Below are positions 1-9,326 of a stretch of DNA of 64,000 nt, one piece after another; position 1 is the stretch's first letter, and each line of letters begins with the position of its first letter. The position numbers and the translations under genes were made by a program. This DNA comes from a virus, in IMG/VR virus record IMGVR_UViG_3300037083_000054, positions 58,835 to 122,834 of that record. One strand, given 5' to 3'. Below the pieces are notes generated by a model that ran no database searches, was not told the origin of the DNA, and was given only the letters and a program-made list of their open reading frames with translations.

Positions 1-2
1 AG

Positions 3-1070
3 GTTGTTAACCAACGATGGCGACTCGAAGCGACCGATTACGGTCTTGCCTATTTCCTTAATCCTGCCGAACGTCGATTGATGCTCATACATAAGCATCA
101 CCCATATGATGCCTCATTCGAAGACGGCTTACGAGCCGGGTCAATTCATGGCCTCGGAATTCGTTCGATTGTTTATTGGGAGTGGAAGCAAGCGACAGAA
201 ATTCAAGCGTTTCTTGTGGAATATCTTGAACGAATGGCGGGCGGCATTCAGATTTGGAAGTATCCAATGGGGAATCGCCAAGCCGAAGCGAAAGCTCGGG
301 AGGCGGCTGAGAACTATAACAGCGGACACGAACACATCATGCTTGTCCCAGTGCCCATCGGTGAAGCGGGCAATCAGTATGGTGTCGATGTCGTCGAGCC
401 TGGATTCCAAGGCATTGAGACGATCCAGCACTTGATCAAGGATTACTTCAACGATCGCGTCAAGCGGTACATCTTGGGCCAGAAACTGAGTTCCGAAGCC
501 GAAGCAACGGGCATGGGTTCCGGCGTCGCCGAGCTGCATATGGACACGCTGTTGCAGATCATCAAGAGCGATGCGACGGCCCATGAAGAAACGCTGACCG
601 ACGAATTGCTCGGGGCGATTATCAAGGTCAATGTCGACAAAAAGGTCTGGCATGATCCGGGATTCCGACCGCGATTCGTGTGCGAGACGGAAGAATCGGA
701 CATTGACAAGAAGTCGGAAGTCGTCTTGGCGTTCATGGGGCAGGGGATTAAGTTCCGCCTGCCTGATATTTACGATTTGGTAGGGATGGCTCAGCCAGGA
801 CCGGACGACGAAGTCAATCCTGATGCTCCGCAGGGAGCGAAACCGGGTGAAGCGGGCTTGCCAAAACCCGATGCGAAAACGAAAGAATCGGGTGATCCAA
901 AGTCGCCTTCCGAGCGTTCTGAAAGCATAAAGGACGGCGAGGACTCGACCGCTCGTGACGATAATGCGGCGAATAACGGACATGCCGCGTCGCATATCCA
1001 AAGGTATAGTCGTCGGTTGCCGTTCTCCGTTCCGTCTGGTTGGAAACGACGACCGAAAACAGGGAAATAA
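3..1070 (+). CDS. Phage portal protein, DUF935/Mu gp29-like (5'-partial)
   Basis: Frame is open from the window start. ILGQKLSSE..GMGSGVAELHMDTLLQIIKSDA resembles the ILGQTLT..GS...A.VH motif of DUF935 portals. Low-complexity C-terminal tail. Confidence 0.75.
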   Translation, partial: VVNQRWRLEATDYGLAYFLNPAERRLMLIHKHHPYDASFEDGLRAGSIHGLGIRSIVYWEWKQATEIQAFLVEYLERMAGGIQIWKYPMGNRQAEAKAREAAENYNSGHEHIMLVPVPIGEAGNQYGVDVVEPGFQGIETIQHLIKDYFNDRVKRYILGQKLSSEAEATGMGSGVAELHMDTLLQIIKSDATAHEETLTDELLGAIIKVNVDKKVWHDPGFRPRFVCETEESDIDKKSEVVLAFMGQGIKFRLPDIYDLVGMAQPGPDDEVNPDAPQGAKPGEAGLPKPDAKTKESGDPKSPSERSESIKDGEDSTARDDNAANNGHAASHIQRYSRRLPFSVPSGWKRRPKTGK

Positions 1071-1072
1071 TC

Positions 1073-1543
1073 ATGGATTTGATCGACCGCATTAGCCGAG
1101 CTAAATCAAACGACGATGTCGATCGCTATTCATTTGAGGAATCGAAACATCCTCGCGGCGACGGCGGAAAGTGGTCTGGAGTCGATCATGCCGCAAAAGC
1201 GGTCGAACACTCCAAGTCGGCAATGGATCGTCCGGCGAACTCAAAAGGCGACCCGAAGATTGTTGCGGGCTGGGCACACGAAGCGTCTGAGGATGCTCAC
1301 GAGGCCACAAAATCGGCCACAGATGCCAAGTCCCATGAGAAAGCGGCAGCGGCTCACAAGTCAGCCGCGAGACTCCATGCTTCGAACGCCAAGTTTCATT
1401 ATTACCATACAAATCCGATGTTGCATGAGGCTGCCGAAGATCACGAGAAGGCGGCTGACATCCATAGGACACTTCAGCAAAAGCACTCGGAAATGGCTGG
1501 CGGTCCGAAGATGGACAAGTTCGCAAACCGGACACTTTCATAG
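1073..1543 (+). CDS. Small His/Ala-rich putative virion internal (cargo) protein
   Basis: ATG right after the portal stop. Leader ends in DRYS followed by FEESKHPRGDGGKW; HxxAAxxH periodicity. Confidence 0.6.
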   Translation: MDLIDRISRAKSNDDVDRYSFEESKHPRGDGGKWSGVDHAAKAVEHSKSAMDRPANSKGDPKIVAGWAHEASEDAHEATKSATDAKSHEKAAAAHKSAARLHASNAKFHYYHTNPMLHEAAEDHEKAADIHRTLQQKHSEMAGGPKMDKFANRTLS

Positions 1544-1562
1544 TCGATAAGGAATGTGAATC

Positions 1563-2084
1563 ATGGAACTGACAGACCGCATCAATCAAGCTCGATCGCA
1601 GTACGAAGTCGATCGCTATTCCTTCAACCCTGATCAGAAGCGGGACGAATCCGGGAAATGGTCAAAATCCGAAGATGAATCGAACAGCGATTATCACAAA
1701 GCTCGCGACGAGGCAACTGAAGCCACTCGTGTATCTCATGTGCAGACGAAGGACGCCGTTACCTATGCTCCGTGGCGATTCACAACCAAAGTTCTGTCGC
1801 CATCTATGCAAGAGGCTCTCGAAAAGCAGCGGTCAAACAAACCTGCCTATGAGTTTTCCTCGAACGCAATTGAAATGGCAAAGCGTGGTTATCACGGAAT
1901 CGCGAGCGAGTTTCATCAAGCCGCCGCAGAAGACCATCAAAAAGCGATTGATGAACATCCTTGGGGCCGCGAGAAAGAACGCCATCATCTTGCGAAAAAT
2001 GGCCATCTCGAAGCGTCCGAACTTCATCTCAAAGCACACGCCTTGCAGAAAAAGCGTGCGGCGGACGATCGGCCTTCCGAGTAA
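1563..2084 (+). CDS. Paralogous His/Ala-rich putative cargo protein
   Basis: N-terminus MELTDRINQARSQYEVDRYSFNPDQKRDESGKW parallels the previous gene; AAGGA RBS upstream. Confidence 0.6.
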   Translation: MELTDRINQARSQYEVDRYSFNPDQKRDESGKWSKSEDESNSDYHKARDEATEATRVSHVQTKDAVTYAPWRFTTKVLSPSMQEALEKQRSNKPAYEFSSNAIEMAKRGYHGIASEFHQAAAEDHQKAIDEHPWGREKERHHLAKNGHLEASELHLKAHALQKKRAADDRPSE

Positions 2085-2153
2085 TAAATTTCGCCTGATT
2101 GGTATGTCTGGAAAATAACACGCTTATTTATTTCGTTCAGGAATTTACGGCAA

Positions 2154-4004
2154 ATGAGCACAATCCGAGAGCGAATTCGTGGTGCGGTTGACTTGTATTC
2201 TTTTAATACAAACGAGAAGCGTGATGCTGATGGAAGATGGGCTTCCAGCGGCGATGCTCATTCGGAAGCCGAGCGAGCGAATTCCGTGTTCAGGAAGCAT
2301 GAGCAACCGACCGCTTCTGCGTCCGTTGACGAGGATGGTTCGTACAAGGTCGAGCATCCCACGCATGGGGAATTGACTTCGAACGAGATTGATAACCTGC
2401 ATTCCGCCGCATCGGATGTCGATCGAGCCAACAAAGTGCTCTCGAAGCACGGCCATGAACCTCTGGCGACAATCGGCGACGACATGCAGACAACGCACGA
2501 TCCTGACAACCTCGAAGATGCGAGCGATGAGGTCAAGCGAGCCAATAAGGTCTTCGAAAAGCACGGACTGCCGGATCGAGCGAATCTGGAAAATGTGAGT
2601 GGTATGTTCGGCGATTACAACTCGTCAGTGGACGCCGACGAACTTGAGCAAGCCGACGCGGATCACGAGAAGGTCAAGAGGATCTTCGAAAAGCACGGGA
2701 TTGACCCAAAGCATTCCAGCATCACAAACGCGAACGGTTCGTGGGAGTCAAAACACAATCTCGACGATATTGAGTCCCTGCATCAGGACATTTCGCGGGC
2801 CAACAAACGATTGGAAGCGATTGGGTTGAAACCGAATCTGAAGATGGCGATTCAGTTGGGGGAAGCTTACTCGCCGCATGATCTGGATGAAATCAATGAC
2901 GCGATCGACGTTCTGAAGAAGTTCCGAGACAAGGAACGATATTCACGCCGCGAGGATCTATCGTCGATTGTGCGGGCCAAATACGTTCTGCGGGATTTCG
3001 CGATTGACCGCTATGCCGAAGGTCACTGGATTACAGTTGAGCCATCTGGGACGCATATTGAGCTTGATGGCAAAGGAAACGTTCTCAAAGGTCCGAACAT
3101 CAATAAAAGTCCACACGGAACGCTTCCGCCTCCTGCTAAACCAAAAGTTAAGACTCCTATTCAAGATCCAATGTTGCGAGGAACAACGCCGCTTCCGCCT
3201 CCTGCTAATAAGAAATTGCCGCCAGTTCCCGGACAAGAACCGCCATCCGCTCCATCATGGTTCAAAGGCGGCAAGAAAAGCGAAGTTTCCGCTCCCGGAA
3301 GCATGACTCATCGTTTGCGATCGGCAATGGAAAATCATGTTCACTCAGTTGTCCAGCCGAAGAAGGATGAACACTTTGCGGAACATGCCCCCGAAGAAAA
3401 GGCAGCCTCCCAAATGACTCCCGATGAGCATCTCCGCAAAACCGTGGAAGACATCAAAAAGCGACTTGCCGCAAGCGTGAAGCAAGCGGTTGCCTCGCCA
3501 TCAGCCGAGAAGCCCAAGCCGAAAAAGCTGACGGCCCAGATTGATCCGGAAACGACGAAAGCGGCCTTTGCTCCGAAAGCCAAACCGGAAAAGAAACCGG
3601 AGATGCCGAAACCGCAGTCGGTCGCTCCTGCCGCTCCAACTCCGCATACCGATTTCTCGCAAGATCGACTCGCTGTCAATCGAGCGAAATCAACAGGCGA
3701 TACAGAACAAGCGAAACAACTTCAGTCCGTCTTGACGAACAAAATCGCAGCGGCAATGGGAATCGTTCAGACGTCAGCGAGTGCCATCAATGACTTTGAA
3801 GCACGGCTGCGGAATGGGGTCGCGAACTACGCGAAACGCAAGTCAGCGGTTGGCCAATTGGATCTGTTTTCCGGCGAGACTCGATCATCATCCAAAACAC
3901 AATCGCACTTGGATTGGGACGAGAGTAAGCATCATCGGGGGCTTTGCCCATTTAATGGCACTTGCCCGAATAATGAAAGGTCTGCCCGTTTAATCGGTGC
4001 ATGA
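2154..4004 (+). CDS. Multidomain putative cargo protein, C-terminally truncated by the insertion at 3940
   Basis: Same leader (DLYSFNTNEKRDADGRW), five RANKVFEKHG-like repeats, internal ERYS/DRYA, Pro-rich linker and QLDLF. The motif WDESKHHR is cut at the terminal inverted repeat (TIR). Confidence 0.6.
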   Translation: MSTIRERIRGAVDLYSFNTNEKRDADGRWASSGDAHSEAERANSVFRKHEQPTASASVDEDGSYKVEHPTHGELTSNEIDNLHSAASDVDRANKVLSKHGHEPLATIGDDMQTTHDPDNLEDASDEVKRANKVFEKHGLPDRANLENVSGMFGDYNSSVDADELEQADADHEKVKRIFEKHGIDPKHSSITNANGSWESKHNLDDIESLHQDISRANKRLEAIGLKPNLKMAIQLGEAYSPHDLDEINDAIDVLKKFRDKERYSRREDLSSIVRAKYVLRDFAIDRYAEGHWITVEPSGTHIELDGKGNVLKGPNINKSPHGTLPPPAKPKVKTPIQDPMLRGTTPLPPPANKKLPPVPGQEPPSAPSWFKGGKKSEVSAPGSMTHRLRSAMENHVHSVVQPKKDEHFAEHAPEEKAASQMTPDEHLRKTVEDIKKRLAASVKQAVASPSAEKPKPKKLTAQIDPETTKAAFAPKAKPEKKPEMPKPQSVAPAAPTPHTDFSQDRLAVNRAKSTGDTEQAKQLQSVLTNKIAAAMGIVQTSASAINDFEARLRNGVANYAKRKSAVGQLDLFSGETRSSSKTQSHLDWDESKHHRGLCPFNGTCPNNERSARLIGA

Positions 4005-4013
4005 AAAATTATC

Positions 4014-4349
4014 ATGGCCATGAAGCCTGAAGAACTATTCAATTTAGCCGTCACAGACAAGTTTCCCGACTATTTCCATCCAGGGCAAGGCGATTTGGTG
4101 CCAGACGATCTTCTGTCGGCCATGATTGTCCGCTGTGGCGCTCCAGATCTGGGCGGAAAAACGAACAGTGCGCTTGAGGGTGGTGGGCTGGTGATCGATT
4201 ACATTCCAAAAGGAATGCTTGGCGTCAAGCGGCTTGTGCTGAGTTTAAATGATTTGGGAATCAATGTTGTTATGTGTGATCACCTTCCAGAAGATAATGA
4301 GACCATTGTGGATTCAGTTCCACTAAATACCGCCGAACAGCATTCTTGA
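4014..4349 (+). CDS. Hypothetical cargo protein
   Basis: 111-aa ORF just inside the left TIR; no recognisable motif. Confidence 0.45.
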   Translation: MAMKPEELFNLAVTDKFPDYFHPGQGDLVPDDLLSAMIVRCGAPDLGGKTNSALEGGGLVIDYIPKGMLGVKRLVLSLNDLGINVVMCDHLPEDNETIVDSVPLNTAEQHS

Positions 4350-4887
4350 CGTGCGTCAGTTCATGAATGTGGAAAGCCTGCTCGATTGGCGTTCCTTCGT
4401 GGTGATATCTCCATTTGGAGAATACTTCTGAGCAGTCGTTCAAAATCTGATCAATTGTCGCTTTCTGTTTTGGTTGTGTTGTATCTGAACAAAACTGAAT
4501 GCGAACAAGATCTTTTGAACTATTCTCTTCATATAAAGCAGCAATCTTCTTCTGGCTGTTGGCTGTCATTTTCTGAAACAATTCGTTCAGTGGGTGTATT
4601 CGCTTGATAGATGTGTTTTCGCATTTGAGAACGGACTTGAAATACAACTCAACACAGAAAGCTGTTGCGACAACGAATGCTTTTAGAGTGGGAAGCCGTG
4701 TTTCAACTGTTGATCTTGGGTTTTTCTGATGTTCAACCCTCGCTGCTTCGAGACGATTCAGCGAGTCAGCGGCGAGAACCTCAGACGAATAGTCCCAATT
4801 GACCGCATTGGCAAATAACCCAATTCCAGTGTCGTATGGTTCTGTGTCGAGGGCCACATGGTAAATCGTCATATTCGTTGAATCCAT
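4270..4887 (-). CDS. HEPN-like domain cargo protein
   Basis: AFCVELYFKS...HPLNELF...FSKWRY pattern resembles HEPN domains (E.xLK, H.L..L, RY). Confidence 0.55.
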   Translation of the reverse strand: MDSTNMTIYHVALDTEPYDTGIGLFANAVNWDYSSEVLAADSLNRLEAARVEHQKNPRSTVETRLPTLKAFVVATAFCVELYFKSVLKCENTSIKRIHPLNELFQKMTANSQKKIAALYEENSSKDLVRIQFCSDTTQPKQKATIDQILNDCSEVFSKWRYHHEGTPIEQAFHIHELTHVKNAVRRYLVELNPQWSHYLLEGDHT

Positions 4888-4971
4888 AATTCGCGCGAAC
4901 CATGTCCGATGTCATGACGTCTTAAGAATATCATGATTCAACATTTGACTCTCTTCGCCCCCACGCTCTAA

Positions 4972-5163
4972 TCACGACTTCTTTCGTGATTGCTCACGCC
5001 GAGCTTCTTCCAGCAGAATTTCCCTGGCCCAGGTAGATGTGTGACCATCTGCCGCCGCGTCGAGAACTGTTCGCTCCTCTTTCGTGAGGCGAATACGCAG
5101 TTCTGCACTCTTGCGTGCCGCATCGGATTTGAAGGGCCGTCCCCGTTCTCGTTTGGTTTCCAT
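4972..5163 (-). CDS. Small ribbon-helix-helix/CopG-like regulator, divergent from the transposase
   Basis: GRP..(K)SAELRIRLTKEERTVLDAAA...STWAREILL fits a beta-alpha-alpha RHH pattern. Confidence 0.6.
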   Translation of the reverse strand: METKRERGRPFKSDAARKSAELRIRLTKEERTVLDAAADGHTSTWAREILLEEARREQSRKKS

Positions 5164-5170
5164 ATTATTT

Positions 5171-5230
5171 ACGATAGCAACAATAAATAATGAGTCAACC
5201 CCTTGACGGAGTATTTATTGTTGCTACAAT
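5171..5230. promoter_or_regulatory. Back-to-back promoters sharing an inverted operator
   Basis: Plus strand TTGACG-16-TACAAT and minus strand TTGACT-16-TATCGT; both spacers contain TATTTATTGTTGC. Confidence 0.65.
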
Positions 5231-5360
5231 AAATCAGTCGAAACAAAACCCGGTCGCTGCTGAAACAACAACCGGGAGCAACCACAACCAGCGTTTCCAC
5301 TGAATGCGATCAACCAAGTTCATTCTACTGGAAACGCCTCTTAAGAAAAGAGGCTTCATC

Positions 5361-6629
5361 ATGTGCGACCGGGAACAACGAGGTTTGGCAATCGCGGCAA
5401 TGACGAAAATCAAACGATGCGGTTATGTGTGGGTCGTTCCCAGCCAGTCCGGAAGCGGTAAATACTCGGTTTCTCCAGACGAACAGTCCCCCTATTGCTC
5501 GTGCCCCGACTTTGAAACGCGGGGCGTCACCTGTAAGCATATTTTCGCGGTTCGATTCACGATGAAGCGAGAACAGCATAGCGATGGTTCAGAGACGATC
5601 ACAGAAAGCGTGACCGTCACGGAGACGGTACGTAAAACGTATCCGCAGAAATGGAAGGAGTACAACGAAGCACAGAAAAATGAGAAAGACCACTTTCAAG
5701 CGTTGCTCCGCAGTCTGTGCGACATGATCAAGGAACCAAACGTTAAGCCCGGTCGTGGACGGCCCAAGCTGGCGATGTCCGATTGCGTGTTCATGTCATG
5801 CTTCAAGGTTTACTCGACCGTCTCGCAGCGTCGGTTTATGTGCGATTTGGATGACGCAACGGAAAAAGGATATCTGGAGCGGACTCCGCACTACAATGCC
5901 ATCGGAGCGTCACTCGAAGGCGAAGCGATGACGCCAGTCCTTATGAAACTGATCGCTGCATCAAGCCTGCCATTGAAGGAAGTCGAAACGGATTTCGCTG
6001 TCGATTCGACTGGATTCACAACCTCGAAATTCTATCGCTGGTACGATCACAAGTATGGAAAAGTCCGCGAAGATCACGACTGGGTCAAATTGCACGCAGT
6101 TTGCGGAGTGAAGACGAACGTGATTACCGCAGTTGAGATTCACGAACGGAACACGAACGATTGCCCGCTTCTGCCATCGCTCTTGGCAAAGACCGCCGAG
6201 AACTTCACGGTCAATGAGATGTCAGCCGACAAGCAATATGCCTCGCGTGACAACTTTGACGCCATTAACGCGATTGGTGCCGACGCCTACATTCCATTCA
6301 AAGCGAACGCGACCGGGAGCGTGGGAGGAATGTTCCAGAAGGCGTTTCACTTCTTCAGCCTGTACCGGGAAGACTTCCTGAAATCCTACCACAAACGGAG
6401 TAACATCGAGTCCACGTTCAGCATGTTGAAACGCAAGCATGGGGACAGCGTCCGAAGCAAGACGGAGGTCGCGATGAAAAACGAAGTGCTGTGCAAGGTT
6501 CTCTGTCACAATATCTGCTGCCTGATTTCCGCGATTCACGAATTGGGAATCCAGCCGGTTTTTGATAAGCTGATCGGCTGCACATTTAATCGGGAACCTG
6601 CACAAGAAATCGCCGCTTTTCGGGATTAA
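5361..6629 (+). CDS. DDE transposase (IS4/IS5-like DDE_Tnp_1) with N-terminal SWIM zinc finger
   Basis: CSCPDF..CKH (SWIM); DFAVDSTGF, WVKLH, SADKQY, YHKRSNIESTFSMLKR (Y-2-R-3-E-6-K); the stop codon lies in the TIR. Confidence 0.9.
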   Translation: MCDREQRGLAIAAMTKIKRCGYVWVVPSQSGSGKYSVSPDEQSPYCSCPDFETRGVTCKHIFAVRFTMKREQHSDGSETITESVTVTETVRKTYPQKWKEYNEAQKNEKDHFQALLRSLCDMIKEPNVKPGRGRPKLAMSDCVFMSCFKVYSTVSQRRFMCDLDDATEKGYLERTPHYNAIGASLEGEAMTPVLMKLIAASSLPLKEVETDFAVDSTGFTTSKFYRWYDHKYGKVREDHDWVKLHAVCGVKTNVITAVEIHERNTNDCPLLPSLLAKTAENFTVNEMSADKQYASRDNFDAINAIGADAYIPFKANATGSVGGMFQKAFHFFSLYREDFLKSYHKRSNIESTFSMLKRKHGDSVRSKTEVAMKNEVLCKVLCHNICCLISAIHELGIQPVFDKLIGCTFNREPAQEIAAFRD

Positions 6630-6785
6630 ATGTGCAAAGCCGAGTCGAGCCGACATTTATTAACTCCTGATCGTCTGTCTCATCAATCAACCGCCAGTAA
6701 GCGAGAAATGTTTGCTGGCGGTGCGCATTTGTGGCGTAATGCTATTGGATAAATGTCTAACCCTGGATGATAATCGCGAATCAAT

Positions 6786-7373
6786 TTGTCGAGATCCGAA
6801 GGGAATCGCGAGGCTATTCGAATGTGCGTCGAAGACAACATTTTCTCGGATGATTGGGAAAACACCAACGCCGGTCGATCCGTCAATATTTGGTTTGATC
6901 ACTATTTCAAAAATGTGTCGGACGACGCCACTGATAAGTACGACGTCATTTACGGATACTCCGATACGGTCTGGTCAGAATACATTGCGGCCAAGCGTCA
7001 CATTGACACCAAAGCGGAAGGGATTTTGCGATTTGGTGCCGCGTCGGCGACGGTTGTCATTGCCCTCGCGAAATTGAACTCAGTACCCAATTGGGTTGCA
7101 TTTACCCCCTTTGGATTCTTTTGCATTGCGGCAGCATTTTCTCTTGCGGCAACACGAATCACGATATGGCCGCATCCATTGCCGATCAAGGAAGCTCTTC
7201 TCAGATTGGCGGAATTTCACCTCGGCACGCAAAAGGCGATGTTGGCTGCCAACATTCACCGAGCGGCTGTTGGATATGAGATCCTACTCAGGCGACGGGC
7301 GAAGTTGCTTGGCTGCGCATACACGTTTACCGCAGTCGGCATTTTATCACTCGCCCTGTTTCTATTCTTCTAA
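6786..7373 (+). CDS. Hypothetical membrane protein (cargo)
   Basis: Three hydrophobic segments; start codon uncertain. Confidence 0.5.
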   Translation: MSRSEGNREAIRMCVEDNIFSDDWENTNAGRSVNIWFDHYFKNVSDDATDKYDVIYGYSDTVWSEYIAAKRHIDTKAEGILRFGAASATVVIALAKLNSVPNWVAFTPFGFFCIAAAFSLAATRITIWPHPLPIKEALLRLAEFHLGTQKAMLAANIHRAAVGYEILLRRRAKLLGCAYTFTAVGILSLALFLFF

Positions 7374-7841
7374 TCCACCGGCTGGATTGCCGTGTTCGGT
7401 GCCGCCCGTTTTTGAATACGGCATGTGCCGCTGTGGATTGGCAAGCGATTCGCGAGGCGGTTTGATTTGCTGCTGCGGCGACGTCACGGCAACTGGATTG
7501 GCAGTCGGAATAACAGCAGGAACCGATTGAGCGTCCGTGGTTGCTGTGGGGACCGGTATGTTTGATTCTTGATTCTGCTGCGTATCCATTTTCCACCCAT
7601 CATGATTTGTCGAACGATCAACAACTCTCGACGAATTAACTTAACCGCCTCGTTCTTCATATCAGTATTGTGATTTGCATTCACTGACGAAAGCGAGTGA
7701 TTCAAGCCTCATGGAAACCAGTGTTTCTCAAAATCGGGAATATCACACTGTGATATATCAGGAAGCCCGTAATGTCTCCTTGAACAACTCCAACTCGAAT
7801 CGGTAGCCTTTCTGGCGACGGATTCGAGTTTTTTCATATTA

Positions 7842-8588
7842 GTGAAATGGAGAATCTGCATTGTGATGCGCAAGAGATATTCCAGCAGCATAGTCGTCAT
7901 TACGATTGCATCGGCAATTTTCGTCTCTCTCACATTAGGGGAAGACGACGAATCGAAGACCACGATCGCGGCAACGGCAAAGCAGAAAGAACTGCTGGAA
8001 AAAGACCCGTTTATCAAAAAGTCCATTGCGGAATTTGAACGAGACGTTCGACTTGCCGAAGAAGCCTTGCGTCACGCGAAATTCTCTTGTGCCAGCCGGT
8101 CTGTGGAACTTTATGAGCACTATCAAAAAGTGTTCACGATGGCGGGCGATTTTGACAAGGCCCTCGCCTGCAAAACGATGATTGAAGAATTGGAAGCGAG
8201 CGGGATGGAATGCTCGCGACCCCGACCGAAGCACACCATTAAGTCGAACGGCCATTTATACGCAATCATTCGTGAAGCGGAGACATGGCATGTCGCCAAG
8301 CATCGCTGCGAGCAGATGGGAGGACATCTTGCCTATGCAAAGACTCCAGCCGTTATCGCGATGATTTCCAGAATGTCAGTAGGCGTTGATGTGCATTTGG
8401 GAGCGTCTGACGAAGAGAAGGAAGGCGAGTGGAAATGGCTGGATGGAACGAAATATTCACCAAGGCCCGGATTGATGAATAATGCCATGACTTATCAACA
8501 CCACCTGATGTGGCTAGATGGTCAGCAAACACTGGACGACGGTTTTGCCGGTCATCGAGCGTATTACATCTGCGAATGGGACAAGTGA
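7842..8588 (+). CDS. Exported C-type lectin domain protein
   Basis: N-terminal hydrophobic stretch; TWHVAKHRCEQMGGHLA, LGASDEEKEGEWKWLDGT and YYICEWD are C-type lectin motifs. Confidence 0.85.
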   Translation: MKWRICIVMRKRYSSSIVVITIASAIFVSLTLGEDDESKTTIAATAKQKELLEKDPFIKKSIAEFERDVRLAEEALRHAKFSCASRSVELYEHYQKVFTMAGDFDKALACKTMIEELEASGMECSRPRPKHTIKSNGHLYAIIREAETWHVAKHRCEQMGGHLAYAKTPAVIAMISRMSVGVDVHLGASDEEKEGEWKWLDGTKYSPRPGLMNNAMTYQHHLMWLDGQQTLDDGFAGHRAYYICEWDK

Positions 8589-8601
8589 CCGACCATGAAT
8601 T

Positions 8602-8758
8602 TGCCATTGCAGTTCGCGACGAATCCCGGAAAATGACAAACGCCACGAACTGGTATTCGTGGCGTTCTCTGATTCAACGTTCTCGGGATGAGAACCATGC
8701 AGTTATGGTGACAGTATGGTAACGACTCCCGGTACGCAGTCAACTGGGAGTTTGCAAC
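8602..8758 (+). promoter_or_regulatory. Conserved promoter plus structured 5' leader, copy 1
   Basis: Homologous to 55701-55856; four hairpins, the last sequestering the GGGAG RBS. Confidence 0.65.
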
Positions 8759-9103
8759 ATGGACGAAATGTTTGATGAGCCGTTTCCATTTGAGGTTCCA
8801 TTTTGGTTCTTAGAAAACGACGACCGCGAAGTATTTCTGAAGATGGATTTGGAAGAAGGAATTGTTGCGGCACCGATATTCACAGATGAAGACTTATGTA
8901 TTCGATACCGGAATTTTTTGGGAGACATTGGTACTCCGTTCCATCCAAGGGAACTTCCGTATCCATTATTTATGATAAGCCTGTTCGATTTTTATGACAC
9001 GAATGGAATAACCCATGTCACATTTGACCCCAGAAATACCATCGCCAACACCTATTCAGTCCAGCAAATGCGGGAACACTTTAACAGACTCCTCGACCAA
9101 TAA
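8759..9103 (+). CDS. Hypothetical cargo protein
   Basis: ATG 8 nt after GGGAG in the leader; 114 aa. Confidence 0.6.
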   Translation: MDEMFDEPFPFEVPFWFLENDDREVFLKMDLEEGIVAAPIFTDEDLCIRYRNFLGDIGTPFHPRELPYPLFMISLFDFYDTNGITHVTFDPRNTIANTYSVQQMREHFNRLLDQ

Positions 9104-9326
9104 ATGGCCAAGGAAAATGAAAATCCTTAAGATCGGATATGTGGGAAAAGACGGGATTGAACATTCAAAAGATGTTTCGCGAGACATCGAACCAGATGAT
9201 CAATAATGGACTCCAATTTTCCGTTCCGACTGGCATGCCCGATTAATCCCCAGCTTGCCCGTTTATTCAGGGCCAAATAGGATTAAATGGGCAAAGCCCG
9301 TCCATTCGTGTGATTGCGAGTGAATC

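Larger units (their letters stand above)
3940..9298. mobile_element. Composite/nested insertion bounded by 17-bp TIRs GGCTTTGCCCATTTAAT
   Basis: 3940-3956 is the perfect reverse complement of 9282-9298. A 1-mismatch end lies at 6625-6641. Subterminal TGCCCGTTTAAT-like repeats at each end. No target-site duplication (TSD) found. Confidence 0.8.

Noticed and set aside
7842-8588. Diversity-generating retroelement target (C-type lectin with a partial duplicate at about 55430-55597)
   Set aside because: The duplicate covers the N-terminus, differences are not adenine-specific, and no reverse transcriptase is present.
3929-9310. Target-site duplication for the GGCTTTG element
   Set aside because: Flanks TCATCGGG, GAGTCGAG, CGTCCATT and GCTTTATT do not match each other.
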